Origin: Alistipes sp.
GTDB taxonomy: Bacteria > Bacteroidota > Bacteroidia > Bacteroidales > Rikenellaceae
Assembly (NCBI GenBank): GCA_017379015.1
Contig: JAFNXN010000027.1
Coordinates: 1,412-65,411 of the forward strand
Direction of reading: 5' to 3'
Length of the DNA stretch: 64,000 nucleotides
The notes under the pieces were generated by a model that was not told the DNA's origin, did no database searches, and saw only the letters and a list, made by a program, of their open reading frames with translations. The first letter of the stretch is position 1, and every line of letters begins with the position of its first letter. The translations under genes and the position numbers were made by a program. Shown here piece after piece: positions 49,614 through 59,278 of the stretch.

Positions 49614-50909
49614 ATGATTGAAAGATACAGCAGAGAGATAATGTGCAAGGTGTGGACTGAGCAGAATAAGTTTGATGCCTACCTGCGTGTTGAGATTTTG
49701 GCCTCTGAGGCTTGGAGCCAGTTGGGCGTTGTGCCAAAGGAGGATGTCGAGAAGTTGTGGAAGAATGCCAAGTTTGATATCGATCGCATCTACGAGATTG
49801 AGCAGCAAACTCGCCACGACATTGTAGCCTTTACTCGCGCCGTGAGCGAGAGTCTTGGTGACGAGCGTAAGTGGGTTCACTATGGCCTTACTAGTACTGA
49901 TGTTGTTGATACCGCTAACGGCTATCTTCTAAAGCAGGCAAACTCTATCCTTTTGGAGGATATCGAGAAGATGCTTGAGGTGTTGCGCCAGCGTGCTATC
50001 GAATTTAAGTCGACACCATGTATCGGTAGAACACATGGTATCCATGCTGACATCACATGCTTTGGTCTAAAGTGGGCATTGTGGTATGAGGAGATGAAGC
50101 GCAACCTTACTCGCTTTGTTGCTGCGGCACGCGGTGTCGAGGTTGGTAAGATCTCTGGTGCTGTAGGTAACTTCGCAAATATCCCTCCATTTATCCAGGA
50201 CTACGTATGTGAGAAGCTTGGTATTGATAGCGCGAATATCTCTACTCAGGTTATCCAGCGTGACCGCCATGCTTACTATATGGCTACGCTTGCTGTTATC
50301 GCATCGAGCATCGAGCAGATGGCAATGGAGATTCGTAACTTGCAGCGTACAGAGGTGCATGAGGTCGAGGAGTCGTTTGGTAAGGGTCAGAAGGGCTCAA
50401 GTGCTATGCCTCACAAGCGTAATCCTATCTCTTCAGAGAATATGTGCGGTTGCGCACGTGTTATGCGTGGATATATGGCAGCATTCTATGAGAATGTGGC
50501 GCTATGGCACGAGCGCGATATCTCTCACTCATCATCAGAGCGTATCATCCTCCCAGATGCAACCATGTTGCTCGACTATATGCTAAATCGTTTCCGCGGT
50601 ATCTTGGAGAATCTCGTGGTGTTCAAGGATGTTATGATGGAGAATATCTATCGTACTCGCAAGGTGATCTTTGCTCAGCGCGTTATGAACGCCCTCATCG
50701 ATAAGGGCTTCTCGCGTGAGCAGGCATACGATACTGTTCAGCCTGTGGCAATGCGTGCTATGAGCGAGAGAGCTGACTATCAGGAGCTACTTGCTGAAAC
50801 ACCTGCTGTTATGGAGGTACTTACGCGCGAAGAGCTTGACGCATGCTTCACACTTGAGTACTATTTGAAGAATGTCGATTTTATCTTCGATAGGGTGGGT
50901 ATTGAGTAG
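49614..50909 (+). CDS. purB: Adenylosuccinate lyase (431-aa Bacillus-like type)
   Basis: [31 protein letters not shown] and [10 protein letters not shown]. Confidence 0.96.
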   Translation: MIERYSREIMCKVWTEQNKFDAYLRVEILASEAWSQLGVVPKEDVEKLWKNAKFDIDRIYEIEQQTRHDIVAFTRAVSESLGDERKWVHYGLTSTDVVDTANGYLLKQANSILLEDIEKMLEVLRQRAIEFKSTPCIGRTHGIHADITCFGLKWALWYEEMKRNLTRFVAAARGVEVGKISGAVGNFANIPPFIQDYVCEKLGIDSANISTQVIQRDRHAYYMATLAVIASSIEQMAMEIRNLQRTEVHEVEESFGKGQKGSSAMPHKRNPISSENMCGCARVMRGYMAAFYENVALWHERDISHSSSERIILPDATMLLDYMLNRFRGILENLVVFKDVMMENIYRTRKVIFAQRVMNALIDKGFSREQAYDTVQPVAMRAMSERADYQELLAETPAVMEVLTREELDACFTLEYYLKNVDFIFDRVGIE

Positions 50910-50932
50910 TTATATATCAAATTAACCGATTG

Positions 50933-50970
50933 TGCAAAGAGCAGAAATTTCTGCTCTTTGCATTCTCTTT
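50933..50970 (+). terminator. Terminator of the pur operon
   Basis: Perfect 30-bp palindrome tgcaaagagcagaaa-tttctgctctttgca followed by ttctcttt. Confidence 0.8.
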
Positions 50971-51119
50971 TATGGCCATATATAGACATATTTAGTTTTA
51001 GTTCATGAAAAAATATGCTATATTTGCGCCATAATTTAGGCTTTTTTGCATATTATTCCTTAATGAGGATAATATTGCTTGAGAACACTTAATTAAACTT
51101 ATTTATACATTAATTGCTT

Positions 51120-53852
51120 ATGAAGAGACTTTTACTTCTGATGATTGGTCTTGCAGTGGGTTATATAGCTTCTGCTCAGACCGTTGTCAAAGGTGTGGTT
51201 GTTGATGAAAACGACCTGCCTCTCATTGGTGCTACTGTTGTAGTTCCAAGTACAACTCAGGGCACAACAACCGATGCTGGAGGTAACTTCCGTATCGAGT
51301 TGCGTAATGATGCCAACTCAGTTCAGATCAGCTATCTGAACTACAAGATTGCAACCCTCTCGGTCGATCGTGCATTGAAAAACTACGATCTTGGTACTAT
51401 TAAGATGCAGCCTGAGGCTATCGCTATGGAGGATGTTGTCATTATGCAGTCGGTAGCTGTGCAGCGTCGCACGCCAGTTGCCGTGTCGACTATTCCTCAG
51501 CAGGAGATCGAGTTCAAGCTCGGTGGTCAGGAGTTCCCTGAGATCTTGAAGTCAACTCCTGGTGTATATGCAACTAAGGATGGTGGTGGTTTTGGTGACT
51601 CTAAGATCAATATGCGTGGTTTTAAGTCAGCTAACATCGCCGTGATGATCAACGGTGTTCCTGTTAACGACATGGAGTGGGGTGGTGTCTACTGGTCAAA
51701 CTGGGCTGGTTTGTCAGATGTTACTCGCTCGATGCAGACTCAGCGCGGTATGGGTGCTTCGAAGATCTCATCTCCATCTGTTGGTGGTACAATCAACATT
51801 GTGACCAACACAATCGATGCTAAGCGTGGTGGTACAGTATCATATGGCGTAGGTAACGATGGTGCAAACACTGTTGTTATGAGTGTTTCAACAGGCCTTA
51901 TGGACAATGGTTGGGCTATGAGCCTTTTGTTGGGTAAGCGTTGGGGTGATGGCTATATCCAGGGTACAGGCTACGAGAGCTACAACTGGTTTGTTAACGT
52001 GTCAAAGCGTTTGGGTAACAACCATCAGATCTCATTGACTGCTTTTGGTGCTCCTCAGAAGCACAACCAGCGTAAGCCTCTCTATGCAGGTCTTACAATC
52101 GAGGGCTGGAATGAGGTTGCTAAGTGGACTGGCGAGGAGAATAAGTATCGCTACAATGCTGTCTATGGTTTCGACAAGAATGGTATTGAGCGTTCATCGA
52201 TGACTAACGAGTATCACAAGCCTCAGATCTCGTTGAATCACCAGTGGCAGATCGACAGTAAGTCATCACTCTCGACAGCTCTATACGTATCTATTGGTCG
52301 TGGTTCGGGTTATTCGGGTCAGGGTCGTACCTCGGCAGATCGCTCTATGTGGAATGGCTCGTCTAATGGTACTTTGCTCTCAACATCTCTTACTACAGAT
52401 CTTGGCACAGAGATCTGCTTGCGTAAGAACGATGGTACATTTGACTATGGTGCAATTCAGACCTTGAACGCTGAGAGCCTTGATGGTTCGCGCATGGTAA
52501 TGTCGAAATCGTTGAACAACCACATGTGGTATGGTCTTCTCTCTACATACACCAATGAGTTGATTCCTGGCTTGGAGCTCTCTGCTGGTGTTGATATGCG
52601 TTACTATGTTGGTGAGCATACAAATAAGATTATCGACCTATACGATGGTGCATACTTCATTGATGATGGTGATCGTAAGAATGTAAAGGTTGAGAACAAC
52701 CTTGCTGCTGCCGATCCTAACTGGAAGTATGAGAAGCTCGGCGTTGGTGATATTGTATATCGTGACTACGATGGTCACGTACATCAGGAGGGTGTCTTTG
52801 CTCAGCTTGAGTTTACTCGTGGCAAGGTAAATACCTTCGTGTCTGGTTCTGTTTCAAATACTGGCTACTGGCGTGTTGACCGTTTCTACTACGATCTTGC
52901 ACATCAGCGTTCTGAGACCATTAACTTTGTGGGCTTCACAGCTAAGGCTGGTGTGAACTACAATGTTACTGAGTCGTCTAACCTCTTCCTTAACGTAGGT
53001 TACATCTCACGTGCTCCATTCTTCTCGGGCGGTGCATTCTTGCAGTCTACAACAAGCCACATGACTAACCCTGATGCTGTTAATGAGAAGGTATTCTCTG
53101 TAGAGGGTGGTTACGGCTTGCGTACTGAGAAGATCGCCTTGAACCTCAATGCTTATTACACCTTGTGGATGGATAAGTCGGACGTTCGTTCTAAGCTTAT
53201 GTCGAATGGCGACTACGCACGTGTAAACCTTACCGGTATTGATGCTCGTCACTCAGGTATTGAGCTTGACCTTCGCTACAAGCCAGCACGCTGGGTAAAC
53301 CTTACAGGTATGATCTCTTGGGGTGATTGGATCTGGTCTAGCAACGCACGTGGTTACTACTACGACTCTCAGGGTCAGCCTATGACTGCTAAGATGGATG
53401 GTACAATTGCTTCTGGTATCATGGCTGAGGATCACGCTTGGATCGAGCTTGAGCAGAAGGGTGTTCACGTAGCTGGTTCTGCACAGACAACAGCGGCTCT
53501 TGGCGTTGACTTCTTCCCATTCAAGGGCTTGCGTCTTAGCGCAAACTTCAACCTCTATGCACGTAACTATGCGGACTTCTATCTTGGCTCTACTGCAGTA
53601 GCAAACACTACTACTACTGTTAACGACCCATGGAAGATCCCTGTTGGTCACCAGGTAGACCTATCGGCAAGCTATTCATTCAAGATGGGTAAGCTTAACG
53701 CTACTCTCTACGGTAATGTTAACAACCTTTACGACTACAACTACGTGATGGATGCACAGTGCGCTACTGATTCTAAGGGCTGGCAGGATTGCTATGCTGT
53801 TATGTACTCATTTGGTCGCACATACACTGTTCGTCTTAAGATTAACTTCTAA
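51120..53852 (+). CDS. TonB-dependent outer membrane transporter
   Basis: Signal peptide, carboxypeptidase-regulatory-like N-domain, plug (KSTPGVY...INMRGF...INGVPVND), NVNNLYD and C-terminal FGRTYTVRLKINF. The -7 box is at 51019-51026. Confidence 0.92.
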   Translation: MKRLLLLMIGLAVGYIASAQTVVKGVVVDENDLPLIGATVVVPSTTQGTTTDAGGNFRIELRNDANSVQISYLNYKIATLSVDRALKNYDLGTIKMQPEAIAMEDVVIMQSVAVQRRTPVAVSTIPQQEIEFKLGGQEFPEILKSTPGVYATKDGGGFGDSKINMRGFKSANIAVMINGVPVNDMEWGGVYWSNWAGLSDVTRSMQTQRGMGASKISSPSVGGTINIVTNTIDAKRGGTVSYGVGNDGANTVVMSVSTGLMDNGWAMSLLLGKRWGDGYIQGTGYESYNWFVNVSKRLGNNHQISLTAFGAPQKHNQRKPLYAGLTIEGWNEVAKWTGEENKYRYNAVYGFDKNGIERSSMTNEYHKPQISLNHQWQIDSKSSLSTALYVSIGRGSGYSGQGRTSADRSMWNGSSNGTLLSTSLTTDLGTEICLRKNDGTFDYGAIQTLNAESLDGSRMVMSKSLNNHMWYGLLSTYTNELIPGLELSAGVDMRYYVGEHTNKIIDLYDGAYFIDDGDRKNVKVENNLAAADPNWKYEKLGVGDIVYRDYDGHVHQEGVFAQLEFTRGKVNTFVSGSVSNTGYWRVDRFYYDLAHQRSETINFVGFTAKAGVNYNVTESSNLFLNVGYISRAPFFSGGAFLQSTTSHMTNPDAVNEKVFSVEGGYGLRTEKIALNLNAYYTLWMDKSDVRSKLMSNGDYARVNLTGIDARHSGIELDLRYKPARWVNLTGMISWGDWIWSSNARGYYYDSQGQPMTAKMDGTIASGIMAEDHAWIELEQKGVHVAGSAQTTAALGVDFFPFKGLRLSANFNLYARNYADFYLGSTAVANTTTTVNDPWKIPVGHQVDLSASYSFKMGKLNATLYGNVNNLYDYNYVMDAQCATDSKGWQDCYAVMYSFGRTYTVRLKINF

Positions 53853-53866
53853 ATGCTACAACGACT

Positions 53867-56521
53867 ATGATAAAGAATATTTTTGGAAAGATTGCCTTCG
53901 TAGCTGCTGTGGCACTTTTGGCTGTGGGCTGCCAGGCTGATTATTTCAACGAGAACTACCTCCCAGGCTACGAGAACGATGGCGAGATTGTCAACAAGCG
54001 TGAGATGGAGTTCACTCTTACGGCTGATGACTATGCTGCTATTGCTAAGAATAGCACAAATAAGGCTATCGCTGAGGAGGCGGGCGAGGAGGCTGTAGAG
54101 GCACTCTCTGCTATCAGCAAGAATAAGTATTTTGCAACTGCGATGGATGCAGCTACTTATATCCCAGCATGGCTCGGTGCTTCATATCCTACATGTGATG
54201 ATGGCTCTATGGCTCTTATTACCTATACTACTGCCGTAGATGTGCCTCAGGATGTGATGCTGATGAATGCTGCTACTGAGTACACCCTTACAGAGGATGA
54301 CTACAAGACAATTTGGGGCTCTGAGGAGGATTATGCATCTGCGCTTACCCCTAAGACTGTTAACAAGCTTAAGAGTGTTATCCCTGTTTCTGATGATGCT
54401 CGCGAGGGTGAGTATGTTGTTGTTACATACAACTACTCTGAGGAGGAGCCAGTGACTGAGGAGCCAGAGACTCCCGAAAATCCTGAGCAGCCCGAGGCGC
54501 CTGCCTATACTTCAGTGCTTGGCACAGCCGTTTTGAATGATGTTGTTGAGGTTAAGGGTTATATCTCTGCTGTATCATCACAGGGTCCTATCCTCACTGA
54601 TAATGGTGGCTCTGTATTGCTCTACAAGACCAGCGGTTATGAGATTGGCGATGTAGTAACCGTATCGGGTACTATTTCATCATACAACTGCGGTTTCCAG
54701 ATTGGTACAGACGGTATCTCTATCGAGAAGACTGGCACTACTGAGGTAGTATATCCTGAGCCTATGGAGATCACCGGTGCTTTGGCTGACGAGTTGCTCA
54801 CAACACGCGTAAACGATGAGTATGCATACTTCGCAAAGATGACTGGTACAGTAGCTGTTAGCGGCAACTACTACAACTTCATCCTTCCTGGCGCAGAGAC
54901 TGCTCAGGGTAGTATCTACGGTGCTACTGACGATGTTAAGGCTCAGTTGTCTGACGGTATGGAGTGCACACTCTATGGTTATTTCTGTGCTATTGCAAAG
55001 AAGAGCGATGCTCCAAAGTTCATCAACTTCATCGTTGTTAGCGTAAACGAGGCTCCTGCTATTGGTGGTGGCACAGAGCCTGAGGCTCCCAAGTATACTT
55101 CTGCTCTCGGCACAGCTGTTTTGGGCGACTTTGTAGAGGTTGACGGCTATATCTCGGCTGTTTCAACCCAGGGCCCTATCCTTACTGACAACGGCGGCTC
55201 AATCCTCCTCTTCAAGAGCTCTGGCTATGAGGTTGGCGACGAGGTTTCTGTATCGGGCACTATCTCATCATATGGTAAGGGCTTCCAGATTGGCACTACT
55301 GATATCACTATCGAGAAGACGGGCACAACTACTGTAACATATCCTACTCCTATGGAGATTACTGGTGCTGTGGCTGATGAACTTCTCACAACTCGTGTCA
55401 ATGATGAGTATGCTTACTACGCAAAGATGACTGGAACTGTATCTATCAACGGCAACTACTACAACTTTATCCTTGCCGATGCAACGACTGCTCAGGGTAG
55501 CTTCTATGGTGCTACAGATGAGCTTAAGTCACAGCTTAGCGATGGTATGGAGTGCACAATCTACGGCTATTTCACATCATTGTCGGGTGGTAAGTATATC
55601 AATATGGTTGTAACTTCAATAGAGACTGCTCCTGCAGCTACAGCTTTGGCTCTCAAGGTTAAGAGCGAGAAGCGTTATGCTTATTTCAAGTTTAACGGCT
55701 CAACTTACGAGGCTACTGATATTGTTGCTGTTCAGCCTGCTGATTACACTGCTATGGGTCAGAACTATGGTAACTTCACAAATCCTGCTCAGGATAGCTA
55801 CTTGCCACAGTTCCTTTCTGAGAAGTATCCATACGCACAGGTTGATGACAAGATCTATGTAGGTTTCCGCTGCTATGCTGGTGGTGCTACATCTTGGAAG
55901 GTTGATGAGTATGTGTTCAATGGCGAGTGGACAAAGACTGTTTACTTTGCTGATAAAACTGATCAGTTCCGTAAGGCAGAGGGTATGTGGCAGATTGATC
56001 GTACCTTGGAGCTTGACTTTACAAACACTTCAAGTGCCGATACTAAGGCCTTCTACCAGTACTGCGTAAACTGGGTATATGACTTCAAGGATGTGCCTAT
56101 GGGTGCTCCTGCTCGTGACAATGCTGGTGAGATCGTTTCTACTGAGATTGTGCTTATCAACGGTGAGAAGCCTGCAGGTAACTTCTGGGTATCTAACTAC
56201 GGTAATAATGAGTTCTACACAGGTGCATCAGCTTATTATGGTAACATGGACTGGCGTCCATCTGCTGTGAAGGGCGGTTTTGCTGCTGCTGGCATGGGCG
56301 AGTTGTCAGATGATGAGATTCTTGCTAAGCTTAAGGAGCACACGGCAGAGGTATTCGCAGAGGTACTTGGCTACGTATATCCTGAGGTTACAACAGATGA
56401 CTACAAGAAGGTGATTATTAAGGTTTACTCGTACGGTCCTAATAAGAACTACTCGTTCACATTTGATGTTGTTGAGCAGGGTAAGTTTGTTTATGTGGCT
56501 GATTCGATTACTGAGCTATAA
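53867..56521 (+). CDS. Surface lipoprotein partner of the TBDT with two tandem ~196-aa OB-fold-like modules
   Basis: Lipobox AVGC, repeated (F/Y)TLTxDDY segments and internal duplication starting at 54491 and 55079. Confidence 0.8.
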   Translation: MIKNIFGKIAFVAAVALLAVGCQADYFNENYLPGYENDGEIVNKREMEFTLTADDYAAIAKNSTNKAIAEEAGEEAVEALSAISKNKYFATAMDAATYIPAWLGASYPTCDDGSMALITYTTAVDVPQDVMLMNAATEYTLTEDDYKTIWGSEEDYASALTPKTVNKLKSVIPVSDDAREGEYVVVTYNYSEEEPVTEEPETPENPEQPEAPAYTSVLGTAVLNDVVEVKGYISAVSSQGPILTDNGGSVLLYKTSGYEIGDVVTVSGTISSYNCGFQIGTDGISIEKTGTTEVVYPEPMEITGALADELLTTRVNDEYAYFAKMTGTVAVSGNYYNFILPGAETAQGSIYGATDDVKAQLSDGMECTLYGYFCAIAKKSDAPKFINFIVVSVNEAPAIGGGTEPEAPKYTSALGTAVLGDFVEVDGYISAVSTQGPILTDNGGSILLFKSSGYEVGDEVSVSGTISSYGKGFQIGTTDITIEKTGTTTVTYPTPMEITGAVADELLTTRVNDEYAYYAKMTGTVSINGNYYNFILADATTAQGSFYGATDELKSQLSDGMECTIYGYFTSLSGGKYINMVVTSIETAPAATALALKVKSEKRYAYFKFNGSTYEATDIVAVQPADYTAMGQNYGNFTNPAQDSYLPQFLSEKYPYAQVDDKIYVGFRCYAGGATSWKVDEYVFNGEWTKTVYFADKTDQFRKAEGMWQIDRTLELDFTNTSSADTKAFYQYCVNWVYDFKDVPMGAPARDNAGEIVSTEIVLINGEKPAGNFWVSNYGNNEFYTGASAYYGNMDWRPSAVKGGFAAAGMGELSDDEILAKLKEHTAEVFAEVLGYVYPEVTTDDYKKVIIKVYSYGPNKNYSFTFDVVEQGKFVYVADSITEL
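54491..55625 (+). repeat. Intragenic tandem duplication, period 588 bp
   Basis: PEAPxYTSxLGTAVLxDxVEVxGYISAVSxQGPILTDNGGS...YPxPMEITGAxADELLTTRVNDEYAY...QLSDGMECTxYGYF occurs twice. Confidence 0.9.
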
Positions 56522-56539
56522 TCATTAGCTTTCTATCGA

Positions 56540-56729
56540 GAGAGTGAATAAAAAGTGTATTTTGTCGTTACGCTTGCCCTCAAAATGCTCATTTACGCTC
56601 AGTAAACTCCGCTTTTTCGGGCTTCGCAGCGCCGCGATTAAGTGAGAGCAGAGGCTGCTTGCAGACTATGCCGAGCGTGAGCGGTGAAAAGGCACTTAAG
56701 CCTAAAACTACATCTTTTTATTCACTCTC
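56540..56729 (+). mobile_element. 120-bp MITE/REP-like element carrying a 70-bp insertion
   Basis: Matches the reverse complement of 18281-18400 except for one base and an insert at 56629-56698. Confidence 0.8.
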
Positions 56730-56733
56730 TTAG

Positions 56734-56771
56734 GGGGCTGGCTAAGTTACTTCTTAGTCAGCCCCTTTTTT
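56734..56771 (+). terminator. Intrinsic terminator attached to the MITE-like element
   Basis: ggggctggctaag/cttagtcagcccc followed by a T-run. Confidence 0.8.
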
Positions 56772-57062
56772 GTTCAGTTGCTGATGTTCGCATTTAAATT
56801 AAGCTTACTAGATTTATTATTTGTAATTATATGTTTTGCTCAGTTTGACTGCGTAATGTGTTGAAGTATTGGTAGTTATTACTTGTGATTTCGTTGCGGG
56901 CTGTTCTGTGCTAATATCATTGCGTATAAATATTTTTTTTATCACAGAAAAAATAGTATATTTGTCCGATAAATATTGACTAATTGTTTTTTAGACGATT
57001 AGTTGGATAGCATGAGATAAAATCTGATTTTAACTTTTTTAATTGTATATAAAACTACTATT

Positions 57063-57923
57063 ATGAAGAGACTTTTACTCTTGATGCTTGGTGTTGTTGT
57101 TGGTTTTGTTGCATCAGCCCAGGTTACGATTACAGGTACAGTTGTTGATGAGAATGGCATTGAGCTTGGTGGTGCTGTTGTTGTTGCTGATGGCAACAAG
57201 ACTCAGACTGATTTTGATGGTAAGTTCGTTCTTGAGGTGCCAAAGAAGGCTACTCAGTTCTCAGTATCTTACTTGCGTTATGAGACTTTGACTGTCCCAG
57301 CTCCCGAGACTAACCAGGAGTACAATATTCAGCTTAAGCCACAGTCAGGTCTAAGACAGGCAAAGGTGGAGCGTACGAAGACAAAGACAAAGATCAACAC
57401 TGACTCTTACAAGTTCGCTCTTAAGACCAATGTCCTCTATGATTTCACTGGTACAATCAACTTTGGTGTTGAGTTGCCAGTAGCTCCTCATTGGACTGTT
57501 GATCTATCTACAAATATCAACGATTGGGATGTGTATAACAAGAAGAGCTTCCGTCATATTCTTATCCAGCCAGAGGCTCGCTACTGGTTTGATAACAACT
57601 TTGCTGGCCATTTTGTAGCTCTCCACACTCACTACGCACGTTACAATATGGGTAATTTCCAGAATGACATCCGATTCCTCGGCACTAACTTCTGCTCGCT
57701 CTCTGATCGTGCTTACAATGGTTGGTTGCTCGGTCTTGGTGTAGGTTATGGTTATGTTTTCAACCTATATAAGAACCTTAACCTTGAGCTTGAGCTTGGT
57801 CTTGGTTATGCTTATATGGAGTACAATACTTATGCGTTGGAGACCTTGAAGTGGGGCTACTCAAATACTCACAACTATTGGGGTATCACTAAGCTTAACG
57901 TAGGCTTGACTTACTGCTTCTAG
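57063..57923 (+). CDS. Outer membrane protein: carboxypeptidase-regulatory-like domain fused to a DUF3575-like barrel
   Basis: ITGTVVDENG...TDFDGKF N-domain, then ALKTNVLYD, QPEARYW, GHFVALH, ELELGLGY and YWGITKLNVGLTYCF. Confidence 0.8.
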   Translation: MKRLLLLMLGVVVGFVASAQVTITGTVVDENGIELGGAVVVADGNKTQTDFDGKFVLEVPKKATQFSVSYLRYETLTVPAPETNQEYNIQLKPQSGLRQAKVERTKTKTKINTDSYKFALKTNVLYDFTGTINFGVELPVAPHWTVDLSTNINDWDVYNKKSFRHILIQPEARYWFDNNFAGHFVALHTHYARYNMGNFQNDIRFLGTNFCSLSDRAYNGWLLGLGVGYGYVFNLYKNLNLELELGLGYAYMEYNTYALETLKWGYSNTHNYWGITKLNVGLTYCF

Positions 57924-57945
57924 TATTTAGCTTGACCAATGTTAT

Positions 57946-57980
57946 TGAGCCAGATCTGCAAGATCTGGCTCATTTTTTTT
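57946..57980 (+). terminator. Intrinsic terminator
   Basis: tgagccagatct/agatctggctca followed by T8. Confidence 0.85.
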
Positions 57981-58006
57981 GACACCATTTGTCATGATTT
58001 GACAAA
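57980..58006. promoter_or_regulatory. Candidate WYL-regulator operator upstream of the WYL gene
   Basis: TGACA-ccatt-TGTCA-tgatt-TGACA, three half-sites at 10-bp spacing. Confidence 0.55.
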
Positions 58007-58043
58007 TATTTATTACCTTTACTATTCAAAAAAAAGATTGAAT

Positions 58044-58955
58044 ATGGATCAGCCTAAACTCGAACGCATGCTTCGTCTAATGAAGTTGATGACGACAAAT
58101 GTTAACTATACGGTAAATGACCTTGCCGAGCGTCTTGATACGTCGTATCGTTCGATATATCGATACATCGAAACATTTAAGGATGCAGGATTTGTGGTGC
58201 AAAAACTCGATGGTGGGGTATACAAGTTGGGCAAGGAGAGCCGCTACTTTAAGGAGATCTCTCAACTTGTTCACTTTACTGATGAGGAGGCTCACATTGT
58301 AAATCAGCTTATTGAGGGACTTGATGATACGAATACCCTAAAGCAGAACTTGCGACGAAAGCTCACATCGGTATATAACTGTACATCCGTGGCTAATTCG
58401 ATCGTAAAGGGCAAGAATGCCTCAAATGTCAATAGGTTGCTCGAGGCTATAGAGAATCGCACCCAAGTATTGCTTATGGATTATGCCTCGTCGCATACTG
58501 GCGTTGTGCGCAATAGGCTTGTTGAACCATTTGGGTTTACTACAAACTATGTTCAAGCGTGGTGCTTCGAGCCTGAAAGTGGAATGAATAAACTCTTTAA
58601 GATTGCCAGAATTGGATCTGTGGAGTTGCTGTCGCAAGAGTGGCAATATGAGTCACTTCATGCTGAGGGTCACATCGATATATTCCGCATGACTGGTTTC
58701 GAGCAACATCGTGTATGTCTGCGCCTAGGATTGCTTTCGCGCAACCTACTTATTGAGGAGTACCCGCTTGCCGAACGCGATATAAAGCCTTTGGGTTGCG
58801 ATAGTTGGTTGCTCGATACGAATGTCTGTAACTATCTTGGCGTGGGTCGCTTCGTTATGGGACTTTTAGATGATATTGAGATTGTTGATAGCCCTGACTT
58901 TAAGGTGTATATCTCGAAGCTGTTGCACGATATGATTAAAAAGGTGGATGATTGA
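58044..58955 (+). CDS. WYL-domain transcriptional regulator (wHTH-WYL-WCX-like)
   Basis: Start reassigned to MDQPKLERMLRL. HTH LAERLDTSYRSIYRYI and WYL motifs RLVEPF...QAWC...LFKIARI. Confidence 0.9.
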   Translation: MDQPKLERMLRLMKLMTTNVNYTVNDLAERLDTSYRSIYRYIETFKDAGFVVQKLDGGVYKLGKESRYFKEISQLVHFTDEEAHIVNQLIEGLDDTNTLKQNLRRKLTSVYNCTSVANSIVKGKNASNVNRLLEAIENRTQVLLMDYASSHTGVVRNRLVEPFGFTTNYVQAWCFEPESGMNKLFKIARIGSVELLSQEWQYESLHAEGHIDIFRMTGFEQHRVCLRLGLLSRNLLIEEYPLAERDIKPLGCDSWLLDTNVCNYLGVGRFVMGLLDDIEIVDSPDFKVYISKLLHDMIKKVDD

Positions 58956-58968
58956 CACTGGTTGTCAA
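58952..58968. promoter_or_regulatory. Candidate WYL-regulator operator upstream of the Cys-rich gene
   Basis: TTGACA-ctggt-TGTCAA, 11 nt before the non-consensus -7 box GACCTTTG (58979-58986). Confidence 0.55.
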
Positions 58969-59016
58969 ATTATCTGCTGACCTTTGCCACATCATTAAAC
59001 TAAAAATTGTATTATT

Positions 59017-59223
59017 ATGGGTGTGGTTTATAAGATTTGTTGCGAACGTTGCGGTACGCAGTTCGAGCATCAGTCAGGGATTGGAGTAATATTCTCGTGT
59101 GTTGGATGTGGTGAGAGCAGTGATGACCTTTCACCCTTCTTCTGCCCAGTGTGTAGCAAGAGGTATGACCCTAAGAGCGATAGCTTTAGCGACTCATTGA
59201 TGGAGGTGTGTCACTGGGATTAA
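59017..59223 (+). CDS. Small Cys-rich putative zinc-ribbon protein
   Basis: 68 aa with CERC, CVGC and CPVC, an AT-rich initiation region and its own terminator. Confidence 0.75.
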   Translation: MGVVYKICCERCGTQFEHQSGIGVIFSCVGCGESSDDLSPFFCPVCSKRYDPKSDSFSDSLMEVCHWD

Positions 59224-59229
59224 TTAGTT

Positions 59230-59267
59230 AAGAGGGCTTCTGCTGAAAATCATGCAGAAGCCCTCTT
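59230..59267. terminator. Hairpin terminator between convergent genes
   Basis: aagagggcttctgc/gcagaagccctctt. Confidence 0.75.
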
Positions 59268-59278
59268 GGATAGATTGA

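Noticed and set aside
57939-58043. N-terminal extension of the WYL ORF
   Set aside because: It runs through a terminator and the promoter/operator region. ATG 58044 is the plausible start.
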